The notes under the pieces: model-generated
Told to the model about the DNA's origin: nothing
What the model saw: only the letters and a program-made list of their open reading frames with translations
The model's database searches: none
Assembly (NCBI RefSeq): GCF_902652985.1
Contig: NC_047029.1
Span: forward strand, 21,018,001-21,082,000
DNA length: 64,000 bases
Direction: 5' to 3'
DNA from: Pecten maximus
Taxonomy: Eukaryota
Translations under genes and position numbers: made by a program
Shown: positions 25,469 to 37,103 of the stretch, one piece after another
Numbering within the stretch: position 1 is the stretch's first letter
Layout: the number at the start of each line of letters is the position of its first letter

Positions 25469-26515
25469 CAAATGCCAATTCGTGTATATATATTTGAGTC
25501 TGACATAATACGCCCGACAGCGACTCCGACAAAGCGACTATGAACGTATAACACGAATTCCGTTTGTAGCGATATGCATTGTTATTCAGGGCACACGTAA
25601 ACTAGGCCTTTCTACGGAAATGTTTCTTTGTGGACATTTTACCTTCTTTTACACAGAACGAGGACCGAGACACCCAGAAAATGGTATTTAAGGATCATAC
25701 GCGTATCGTTAAGGTTAAATATGCAGGAATCCATTGTTATCGTCATCACTGTTCAAATCATGAATAGCTGATCAAACGAAAACGTATGTATTCAGAGAAG
25801 TAATTAATGTCCTCATCTATTTGCATCTATAAGCTAATGAGGTAAGTTAAGAAAGCCATTAATCAAGTCTATTTTAAGCGAACAGCGTATTAATGCCTCC
25901 TCTGTCATTGATTCCATACATCATTATAAAAATAACAAAGTAAAGTCCCAAAGAATCCACGAGTCCCAGTGTTCACACGTGTAAGGAATATGCTACACTT
26001 GTGACGGAAACCACCCCTTCCGTAGGTTTTCATACAGTCGTGAACTTAATCACTGACCATTAACTTGGACTGATGACCATCAGAATCTTGTCAAGTGAAG
26101 AACTTCCTAAAGTGATGTGTGATAAAACGTCGTAACTTAGCTTTTTTTGTCCTTGTGATACGTAGGAATCAGCATTTAAACTTACTAGTTACCGTACCTC
26201 ACTAGAGTATATTGCCGATGACATATCACTCCCAGTAGCATTTTGTTGAAAGTAGCTAATCGGAATTGCCCTTGCTTGAACGTCAATTAAGCAGAGAGCT
26301 TGCAGTTAGAACCAACTGCAACAAAAGTCAATACAGATTAACTTTTCTTAATATTAAAAACTTACGGAAATCTTCCAGACACCTCGTCAACTGGGATCGG
26401 GAACATTATCGAAGACGCATCCATATTTCCAGCTTCTTTCAACGATATAAACATAGGCCTGAAAATATTGTTACACATATATGTAATTATTTCTTCTGAA
26501 ATCGAAATTGATATA

Positions 26516-27685
26516 CAGTAAAACTCACTTGTGTCGAACACGGTTGAGTCGAATACATCGGATGAGTCGAACGTTTCGTTCGGTCCCGATTTTTTCCCTT
26601 CTTTATCTTAGTAAATTAAGCACGGATGACTCGAACACTGTTGAATCGAATACTACGGTTGTGTCGAATATATTTTGTGGTCCCTCCCTTCTAAACTATA
26701 CCAAAATTTCCATTTTTGTGTCGAACATCGAGGCGTCATGCTGTCTCAGGTAAAATTTGCTGGCCTCGTCCTATTGACCGAGTGTGACCGATCAGCCGTA
26801 ACGGTGTAACCAGAGCCTATTGTTAGTTTCCGGCTGTCGGTTACGCATCATCCCATTGTTTATACAGGTGCTCAGGTGAAGTAAAACGTTCAGGTATACA
26901 TAACTAAGAATAAAATGTGCACGTTTTAGTCTACAAACCAACAGTGTGTTCTATTTACTGTTTTGATGCACACGGCCACCGAAAAAAATAAGTAAAAAGT
27001 AAACGATAAATTACATATCTTCCATCGAAAAATAAAAAGAAAAATACCTGTCTGTCATTGATTTATTTATGTATGCCTAAATTCGGAATACGACGATGCA
27101 ATAGTAACAATGATATGCGGGATGTTTTTACTCTGTTCAAAAGATTGTGGCAATGCATGATCATGCAGCCGATAAACACTGACCGCGGCCTTCACCTTTG
27201 ATACAAAATCAGCACGTGAACGGTCGATCAATTTTCCCGGACTGTTTATTGTTTAATATTGTTAAATTGGAGAACAATATAAACGGACTTAAAGATAAAT
27301 AATATGAGTGAAATATATACATTTATATTCTTATAATATATGTAACGTTTTCATAGAATATTATGCTGTCATTTGCGACTCCCGTGTGTAAATCGTGTGT
27401 CTATGTCAATGACTATTTTACGCATGAACTTTGTTTTTATCTGTAACTGTGCACAATATTGTTTATTAAATAAAGGAATAATTGTTATCATGTACAATTA
27501 ATTAATTAATTTGTTATTATGTATAACTTATTTTCGACTATGTTATCACGCAAGTACTTGTTCTGCATACAACCGATGATAGTCGGGTATTTTGTCTCCG
27601 TATACAAACACGGATAAGTCGAACCATCGGATAAGTCGAATATTTTGCTTGGTCCCGTCGATTTCGACTTATCCGAGTTTTACTA
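26516..27685. mobile_element. Tc1/mariner (pogo/Tigger-like) non-autonomous element
   Basis: TA|CAGTAAAACTC ... GAGTTTTACT(A)|TA termini, with subterminal repeated GGAT(G/A)AGTCGAA motifs at both ends. Confidence 0.75.
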
Positions 27686-27758
27686 TACATCATATAGAAC
27701 ATTAATACAGGTAACGTTTGAATATTATTAGAATTTGAGTTTACATACATAAACAGTT

Positions 27759-29699
27759 TTGTGTAAAAGAACAAGAACAACATGCTGCAAGATATATTTA
27801 AAATATGGTCTTAAAGAACTAAGGACTGACGCTACGATATCAGACATACATTTTCAACTCAGCGACATTACCGACATACTTAAATCTTTATCTCTTTACA
27901 AAGCTGTAGGTCACGACGGAATAAGCCATAATATGTTAAAAAATACAGCATTTTCTATAGCCTACCCATTATCATTAATATTTAGACACTCTCTTGATAC
28001 TGGTATTTTCCCGGAACACTGGAAATTAGCAATAGTTATGCCATTATTCAAAAAAGGGGATAAACACGTTTCTTCTAATTATAGGCCTATTTCATTACTC
28101 AGCACTATCGGTAAAGTTTTTGAACGTTTAGTAGTTAAATATTTGAAAAACTATTTGCTTGAAAACTCACTTATTTATAAATACCAATCTGGTTTCCAAT
28201 CTGGTCATTCTACCGTCCATCAAATGATAGAAATTTACCATACCTTATGTGAAAATTTGGAAAAAAATCAACCAACCTGTCTAGTATTCTGTGATATCTC
28301 CAAAGCGTTCGATCGTGTGTGGCATAAGGGACTGTATGTAAAGTTAGCGAATTATGGAATTAATGGGAAACTTCTAATTTGGTTAAAAAATTATGTAAGT
28401 AACAGAAAACAGCATGTTTTTGTAGGAAACAGTAAATCTTCCGTTAGGACTACTAATGCTGGCGTGCCACAAGTATCTGTATTGGGCCCACTACTTTTTA
28501 TTCTTTACATAAACGACATATCTGATAATCTCGATAGTCTTTCAAAATTATTTGCTGATGATACCTCTTTATTATGTTCTGGTCGATCACCATTTGAAAT
28601 TGAAATTAAAATAAATAATGACTTAGCAAAAATTCAAAATTGGGCAGAAACCTGGTTGGTGAAATTTAACCCTCTGAAAACGGAAGCCTTACTAATTTCA
28701 AATAATGAACATGAACATGTTATAGACATTAGATTTAACAATATAGATGTAGAATTTGTTGATCACCACAAACACCTAGGCGTAACATTAGATGTAAACT
28801 GTAAATGTTCTCGACACATTGAAAGCATATGCAAAAATGTATCTAAACAAGTAAGTATTCTCAGAAAGCTCAAATATATTTTAAATAGGCAAACTCTGTA
28901 TAAAATTTACAAGTCATATATTCTGCCTTTATTTGAATATTGTTGCGAGGTTTGGGATGGATGTTCTCTCAGTGATGCAGATAATTTGGAAAAATTAAAT
29001 TTAGAAATTGCAAGAATAATTACCGGATTACCTTCCTTTGCTAGCAGGCTCTCATTATACTCTGAAAGTGGATTAGAACCTCTTGTAAATCGTCGTTCTA
29101 GAAGAAAACTACAACTATTCTATAAAATTACTAACCAACTCACTCCTAGTTACTTATCCACTTTATTACCTCCCTTGGTATCTGAAAACTCACATTATAA
29201 CCTACGTGATGCAAATAATTACTCTCTATCGAACTTCAGACTTCAACTAATAAACAAATCGTTTTTCCCATCTACTATTCGACTTTGGAATCAACTTGAT
29301 CTAGAGATTAGACATAGTATCTCATATTCAGTATTTAAAAAATCTATCTCAAATAAAACACATGTACCTACCCATTACTCAGTTGGAAATAGAAAATCTA
29401 ATATATTGCATGCGAGATTAAGAAACAAATGTAGTATTCTAAAAAATGACCTTTTTCAATCGCATCTTATTGATTATCGCCATTGTCAGTGTGGACATCC
29501 TATTGAGGATGCATACCACGACTTCTTTATTTGTCAAAATGACTTTGAACAGAGAATCGAATTGTTCCGAAATCTAAACAATTTCATGCCACTAGACCTG
29601 CAACTGTTGTTATATGGAAACAATGATTTATCCATTGAAGATAATTTTATGATAAGCCAAATCACTCAGAAATACATTCAAGACTCAAGAAGATTTTAA
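27759..29699 (+). CDS. LINE ORF2 fragment: reverse transcriptase plus C-terminal Cys/His motif, no endonuclease
   Basis: Motifs NYRPISLLS, QSGF, DISKAFDRVWH, GVPQ(V)SVLGP, YINDI, LFADDT, HKHLG and CQCGHPIEDAYH..C. Element homology starts at about RTDATISDI (27822); the upstream codons are flank. Confidence 0.9.
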   Translation: MCKRTRTTCCKIYLKYGLKELRTDATISDIHFQLSDITDILKSLSLYKAVGHDGISHNMLKNTAFSIAYPLSLIFRHSLDTGIFPEHWKLAIVMPLFKKGDKHVSSNYRPISLLSTIGKVFERLVVKYLKNYLLENSLIYKYQSGFQSGHSTVHQMIEIYHTLCENLEKNQPTCLVFCDISKAFDRVWHKGLYVKLANYGINGKLLIWLKNYVSNRKQHVFVGNSKSSVRTTNAGVPQVSVLGPLLFILYINDISDNLDSLSKLFADDTSLLCSGRSPFEIEIKINNDLAKIQNWAETWLVKFNPLKTEALLISNNEHEHVIDIRFNNIDVEFVDHHKHLGVTLDVNCKCSRHIESICKNVSKQVSILRKLKYILNRQTLYKIYKSYILPLFEYCCEVWDGCSLSDADNLEKLNLEIARIITGLPSFASRLSLYSESGLEPLVNRRSRRKLQLFYKITNQLTPSYLSTLLPPLVSENSHYNLRDANNYSLSNFRLQLINKSFFPSTIRLWNQLDLEIRHSISYSVFKKSISNKTHVPTHYSVGNRKSNILHARLRNKCSILKNDLFQSHLIDYRHCQCGHPIEDAYHDFFICQNDFEQRIELFRNLNNFMPLDLQLLLYGNNDLSIEDNFMISQITQKYIQDSRRF

Positions 29700-30024
29700 T
29701 TCCCCGTTTTCTCTTTTCTTAATCAATATTGTGAAATATTATACATACATATATATATTGACAGTTAAAAAAGAAAGAAAATGTATTTATAAAGTCTCTT
29801 CCGATTCCGATAGCGCAAGAGAAACGAATATTTTTTTCCAGAAGGCAATGGATCGAACGGAGAAAGCTTACCATGGAACAGGATATAACGAACATTAGAA
29901 ATAGCAGTGTGTTTTTGTGCAGCGAATAGTTTAATCTTCTGCTATCGAAATAGGATTTGTTTTGTTTGCTTAGTAAAAAATTAAACTAAATTTATCAATT
30001 GAATATTTGAATAAATTCGAATCG

Positions 30025-30082
<58 letters not shown>

Positions 30083-30236
30083 AATATAATTGTTAATATT
30101 TCAAATGTCATGTCATCTTGTATAAAAATTGTAAAAAAATCATGATAATTGGGAAAGGGCTTCATATAAGTTTGAAAACTTGTGCCCAATCCTCTTGTAT
30201 ATATTGATACAAATAAAATATGTTTAAATCAAAATG
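27822..30236 (+). mobile_element. 5'-truncated CR1/L2-group LINE with 9-bp TSD
   Basis: AAAGAACTA at 27813-27821 and 30237-30245. Contains the RT ORF to 29699 and a 3' UTR ending AATAAAATATGTTTAAATCAAAAT. Confidence 0.85.
30030..30080. repeat. (TC)n microsatellite within the LINE 3' region
   Basis: About 25 TC repeats; source of the ERERER ORF. Confidence 0.95.
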
Positions 30237-31919
30237 AAAGAACTATACTTACATTTTGAAAGTTTCTCACGCTTGTAAGGCCTTTCACAAAATAAATACC
30301 GAAAAAAAAATGCGCGTCTTTTGTTCAGACTCAAAGCACAGAAAGTTAATATATCTAATATGTAGGAGGAGCAAAACAATTGCAATAACATCATCAGGTA
30401 GTCGGGAATCATCGAATGGTATGTTAATTACCTGAACCAAGCATAATGAAAGCTCGAAAAGTGCCTAGGCGGTTACGGGTTAACATTGATTGTCAAAATA
30501 AACAAAAAGTAAAGCAAAATCTGACGATGAAATGTGTCCGACACAGGGCAAAGAACAACTGCATATGCAGTTTTTCGACGACGCATTTTAGGAAACTTCG
30601 GACAAACATCAATTGGTTATGTGTATATTGTCCACTCGTATATGGGTCGTCGTAAAACACCGTTATGCTAGTGAGCGATTACTACATTAATGATGTTTCA
30701 CATAATTCAAATAAAAATTTGTTTCCCGGACCAGATTCAGTCAAAGATCGTCACTAAAAGGGAAGATCCACAAAATTAAGCCAGGTGCATGCATGCAGTG
30801 TGTGCATACTACAATGTTTTAATGAACGATGAAAGAGCTCTCCTAACATGATCGTGCGCACACAGACAGCTGGACGAACGGTTGGACGGATAGGCGATCA
30901 ACAAGCATACCGCTATTATAAAAGTAAGTAGTTATGCATTTGTGTTTGTCAAGCATCTTGCTGATAACATGTGTCCTGTCTTAACGGCCACGTGTGGGTT
31001 CATTCGTAGTTGACCTTGGTTTCATCTATCATTAGCCTGAATTGCGGTCTGTTCAAGCTCTGACCTATTGTTGTTTTTCTTTTTCTACATCAAAAAGATT
31101 AAAGGAACATACACACGGTCTTAAGAAGTATAATGTATTGAATTACAACAACAAAATTAGGTGGAATCATATAGATTTTAATACAAAGTTTGATGTATAA
31201 GAATAATAACAGTGTACATATTCACACATATTATACTATAGAGACTAGTTTGGTATATTGTTATGTTAAAGCACTTTTGAACGACATTAACGCATTCATT
31301 TACATAATTTACTACTACAGAATGCGTACGACAAATATATGAAAACATAAACAAACTATGGCATTTACTTTAAAAAGTCACTTTGGTATTTAAGGTTTTA
31401 ACAAAATAAACATCAAAGGTGTGGGGTTTTTTCCATCAATTACATAACTGCCATGAAAAAGGTCCTTTTTCATTCAAACTCCAAAAATTTAACACTAAAA
31501 AAACTGCCTTTAACAGTATCCAATATTACATCAACAATGTTTGTATATATGATACGTGACCGTATTTTTTTATGCTGAATACAATACACTTACTAAAGAC
31601 ACGGGAGTGTAAATGTTATGCGTCCTACGCGACTGGTACGCGTGCACAGGACTATCATCGTTGATTATGATACATAGAATAGGTACAGTTGTTTCACTGT
31701 GGCTTGTATGCCCAGATGGTTGTTAACTTAAGTCTATGATTCTTACCATATGGTAAAAGCTATTTTCTCTGTGTTTGGCGTTATGGCCGGGGAAGGATTT
31801 CGTGTTGTACAATGCGGCGAAAAGATTTCTTAAATAGAGATGATAGGACAATTCATTACTGCGTTACATGACAACGCTAACACCCACATAATGATTGGAA
31901 TCCTAGCAGTCACATATTG

Positions 31920-32088
31920 ATAGGAAAATTTAGAGACAAATTCTAACCGTCAAATAATGGTAGGAATCTAACCGTCAAATAATGGTAGGAATTACAGAAA
32001 CAAATTCTAAGTAAAAAATAATGGTAGCAATCTCAGAGACAAATTCTAAGTCAAATAATGGTAGGAATCTCAAATTTAGAGACAAATG
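31920..32088. repeat. Degenerate short tandem repeat (AAATAATGGTAGGAAT / GACAAATTCTAA blocks)
   Basis: About four to five recurrences with 23-40 bp spacing. Confidence 0.7.
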
Positions 32089-33999
32089 CTTTATTACTGC
32101 AGGTGAAGTATCAATTATAAAAGCTGTATAACAATACATTAAATGGAAATCTCTTGTAGGTTGATGAATATAAACGTTCCATATAAAAGCTCGGAGAGAA
32201 AAATATACACTAACAACACAGCGTTACTGCAACAAGAGAAAGCGGTTGTTTAAACAATCATACATACAGTGGCAGGCGAAGGATAAAAATATGTTCTAGG
32301 CTATTACCATTGGAATTTATTTATAGATGAGTGGAGAAAATAAGGCATAAGAACTGTATAATATATAAACAGCTTGTGGTGTATCATTCATGATGAGACG
32401 ACAAACACAAACACAACCACAGTAGTCACCATAACAAACAATTGTACAAAACTTTTAACAGATTTCCTTTTCTTGGCAATCTAGATATAAAGATATACAC
32501 TATATGTGTCATATTAACTATGAATACTGTTAATGGTCAGGAGACACCTAGAAAATAAACAATGGATTCGGCAAAAAAAAACAAAAAACAGTGAATATTC
32601 CTAACAAATACGAAAATAGCAATACGGTACTTACATGCAGAATATGTGTAATAAAAAATATAGTAAAATGTAAATGAGGATGAAATATACACAGATGAAG
32701 TAAATAAGACAGAAATCATCGAATCAACGAAATCACGGAAATGTGTAATTCCATGCAAGGTCAGACAACGATTGGTGTATTAAGTCGTACTTAATACACA
32801 CGGTATGTGCGTATTTACCATATACATGGATCTATATATTATCATAAATGAGAAATCGTTTTCGTTAAATACATTTTATAAAGCTGTTTTAAAACTATCA
32901 ACATCTTCTGTACGTTAAGTTCATATATGTGTAGAGTTTTCATAGCGGACACATTATATTGTATGCTGTACATTTATATATTATAGCTAATATAAGCCTA
33001 CCGCAGCTGCCAGTTAAAGTATTTGGTCGATCACTCTGGCATTTTAGCTTTTAAATGTTAAACCGTGCAACCCTTTTAGTCTATATCAGGTTACGTTCGT
33101 TCAACGTGTTACCAGGATTCGAAGATATATGTTTACATCGAATCCCATTTGTATAAGATTTAAAGGGCGTTTGAAGGTAACACGGATCCACAATAAAAGA
33201 TAAAATATAGCAACTGTATTTAGATACTCTCTATAAAGTTGGGACATTTTTAACATAATATATGGCGTAGTAATATTGGCATAGACTAGCTATCTAAAAA
33301 TAACACATCAATGTCAAAATATAATATGAAAAGAATCCAGATTTGATCAATAAAAATACATTATATTTAACAGCAGTTATAATGAGGTCATAAAATCTAT
33401 ACACTGTATATATAAAGTACATGTTTATATATGTATTCTCTATGCACAAATGTAATTGTTGAAGTGCTGATGAGCATATCAATGTCCATTGCTTATGAGT
33501 GATTTGAACATATATGTAATTTTCAGAAGTGTCACCAGGACCAAGTCAATAAAGACAGTGTTATATAATACAATATGGAAAGGGGGTGCAACATAAGGCC
33601 TATCCCGTATAACAAGGGAAGTAACTCCAATCAAACTACTTTGCCTACAGATCTATCGGATAAAGATTATAATATTAGCAATTATACAACTACCAAATAA
33701 TAAATAACAATTAAATCAAATACAACATCAAATAGCACGTGTGAATTCAGCACCGAAATAATAAAAATGAAAACATTACAGAATATACATATATATTAAT
33801 CAAAACTTTAGTTAACATCACGCGTAAACTTCTAAAACAATACATAAAACAAAAGGCAATAGAAATGTATATATATAATCATTTGTATAAGGATGACTAA
33901 AGGTTCTTAACTTCCAGTGTCAGTCCTGGAATCCATGGATTTCAATACATGGTTATCAAACATTAACACTACTTAAAATCTAATAATTCTATTCTAGAA

Positions 34000-36185
34000 A
34001 CATACTGACAATAAAATATACTCAAAAAAATATTTACGTACATCATATCTATATCAGTTTAAAGTATAGCCTTTGTAAGTTTCTTGGATATCTCACTGAC
34101 CAACATCGCCACTCCACCTCCCATTACGAGTCTACAATTCTGGTTAAAACGATCTTTATATCATTATTTGATTATCTTGGTTCACATTTTGAGTACGTGA
34201 CATAACATGGACTTCACTAAGATTAGATGACGCTTACTCTTCCAGAACACCTGGTCTAATTATCCTTGTACTTTATCAAGGATCTCCACTTCATCATATT
34301 TCCCCCTCGTTTTATCGATTTTCAGAGCTCAAAAACATCGTGAAAAATCAAAAAGACTTTTTCAAAATATATCAATTAGATAATACAAGAGTGTAGTTAA
34401 ATGAATTATTTTGAGTAGAAACATTGAAAATGTTTATCTCTTTGATATAGTTTAGATGCACAACCTTTTCACAAAATTATATGGCAATTCGAATGTACAA
34501 TTGTCAACCTTGTAATGCATCCATCACATGCCGAATTCATGTGTCAACATACTCACCCAGGTAATTAATCATTATACATTGATCTAGTTTCATTTACGAG
34601 ACAGTGTTTAAACCTCAAAGAAAAGCAATAAAATCACGTCAAAATCATTCTATATAAATTTTGACTAATACAGTTTGGGGTAGCGTAAAAATAACTATAA
34701 TGACAAAGGTAAAAATTAAATATAATAAAATAATCAACAGACTAAGTAAATAAGAGTACCGTTTTAGGTAAAATGCTCGCCTCACATTGTATATCACTAT
34801 AACTCCCACTAGCATTAGGGTGTGAGTTCACCAACTGGAGTCTACTTTGCAATATACCGATATTTTCACGAAACATATTGCAATATTCAAAGGTAAAATA
34901 GACGCAATATTTAAAGGTAAAATAGATAAATTATAAATTAAGTTATGTGTCATTGCAAGCAATGCCGTAATAGCGGACGTAAAACCCGTTTAATGAATTG
35001 TAAGCATTATAATTATCATAATTATGAAAACATTAGACTCCGAGAAGTAGGAGTTAACCCCCACAGCAACCCTCAAACCAAATATCAGAACTCCAGTACA
35101 CCTGTAGAAATAAAAAAAAGAGTTTACTGATACCTTTCAACACTTGAACCAAAAACTTAACATTTAAAAAAAACATGCTTGGTATTGCTAAAGTAATACA
35201 CGTCCCCTACTGGTCCAAATAAAAATAGTTATAGTGATCTTGACCTCGATATGAAACCCCTGAAAGCCGAAATGTAGCTACTCATACTGTAGTTACATGC
35301 TAACTTTCACCGACATACCTTGAAGCATGGCTGAGGAAAGTGCGGAAAACTGAGTGGACAGACCGACAGACGGACGGGGAGGAAACCAACAGTTCCTCCG
35401 GTTTCACCAGAAGGGGACTAAAAACCAACGCTGATGCCGACATGACAACATAAGCGTCCCCTCTCTTCGAGAGGCAAGGCGAGCTAAAAATCCGTTTAAG
35501 TGTTCAAAGAGAACAAGAATCAAGCAGCTTTCCAAGTCAAACGGTTTCTAAAACACCAAAAATACTTCAAGTTATGTATAACATGAAACCTTTGTTGGTA
35601 CTATTTCGTTTCAAGCTGTTTACATACTGACAATAAAATATACTCAAAAAAATATTTACGTACATCATATCTATATCAGTTTAAAGTATAGCCTTTGTAA
35701 GTTTCTTGGATATCTCACTGACCAACATCGCCACTCCACCTCCCATTACGAGTCTACAACTCTGGTGAAAACGATCTTTATATCATTATTTGATTATCTT
35801 GGTTCACATTTTGAGTACGTGACATAACATGGACTTCACTAAGATTAGATGACGCTTACTCTTCCAGAACACATGGTCTAATTATCCTTGTACTTGATCA
35901 ATGATCTCCACATAATCATATTTCCCCCTCGTTTTATCGATTTTCAGAGCTCAAAAACATCGTGAAAAATCAAAAAGACTTTTTCAAAATATATCAATTA
36001 GATAATACATAAGCGCCCCCTCTCTTCGAGAGGCGAGGCGAGCTAAATATCCATGTAAGTGTTCAAAGAGAACAAGAATCAAGCAGCTTTCCAAGTCAAA
36101 CAGTTTCTAAAACACCAAAAATACTTCAAGTTATGTATAACATGAAACCTTTGTTGGTACTATTTCGTTTCAAGCTGTTTACATA
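34000..36185. repeat. Interleaved direct duplications X(34000-34387)...Y(35448-35625) X'(35622-36008) Y'(36007-36185)
   Basis: X/X' and Y/Y' are each near-identical by direct comparison. Confidence 0.9.
35172..35424 (+). mobile_element. Short HINE-type element
   Basis: AAC(A)...GTCCCCTAC left block, GACAGACGGACG tract, imperfect hairpin GTTCCTCC...GGGGAC before an A-run. Confidence 0.5.
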
Positions 36186-36494
36186 TATTTACAAATTTTC
36201 GTGAATGGTCACAGCGTTCTGCAAAAATATATATATATGTAAATGAAAAATAGAAAACAGAGGAGGACGATATATGTTGAATACAGACAGCATGCAAACA
36301 TTTTATCTGATTTCCTTTCCTAGTCCGCCTCAAATAACTCTTGTTATAAAACTTGTTTTCCTTTTTCCTTGATTATTTGAGTCGTGTAAACATCTCAAGT
36401 TTTTTGCTCGTAAAGAACGATAACTCAAAGTCTCCGCTAGATGTTTGTAAAGACCAACACCGACAAGGGTAAAATAAGTGCATGTGCACGGGAC

Positions 36495-37010
36495 GGACCC
36501 TTATCTACCAAAAATGGCACCCTGTATGTTTCGGGACTCTTTTCTAGCGAAGATGGCACCCTGTATGTTTCGGGACCATTGCTTCGCAAGGATCACACCC
36601 TATAAAATGTATGTTTCGGGATCCTTATCTAGTGAAGATAGCACCCTGTATGTTTCAAGACCCCTGCTTTGCAAAGATGACAACCTGTATGTTTCAGGAC
36701 CCTTGTCTAGCGAAGATGACACCCTGTAGGTTGCGGGACCCCTGTCTAGCGAAGATGGCACCCTGTATGTTTCGACACCCGTACCTAGCGAAGATGTCAC
36801 CCTGTATGTTTCGATACCCTTATCTAGCGAAGATGTCACCCTGTATGCTTCAGGCCCTAACCTTGTGAAGATGACACCCTGTATGCTTTAGGACCCGACT
36901 AGCGAAGATGGCACCCTCTATGTTTCGACACCTTTACCTAACAAAGATGGCACTTGGTATGTTTCGGGACGTTTACCTAGCGACGATTGCACTCTCTATG
37001 TTTCAAGCGT
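36495..37010. repeat. 39-bp minisatellite (~13 units, CTAGCGAAGATGGCACCCTGTATGTTTCG core)
   Basis: CTAGCGAAGAT recurs at 36746, 36785, 36824 and onward; it generates the repetitive ORFs on both strands. Confidence 0.9.
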
Positions 37011-37103
37011 ACGCTGCATTTACACATTAATGTCAATATGGTGAAAACTAAACACTGATTACCTGTTTGTTGAAATATTAATTGCCACATAAGAATTCTG
37101 GAG

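Noticed and set aside
36478-36868. Cys/Met-rich repeat protein (DPCLAKMAPCMFR)n
   Set aside because: Product of a 39-bp minisatellite open in several frames and on both strands, with stops in neighbouring units.
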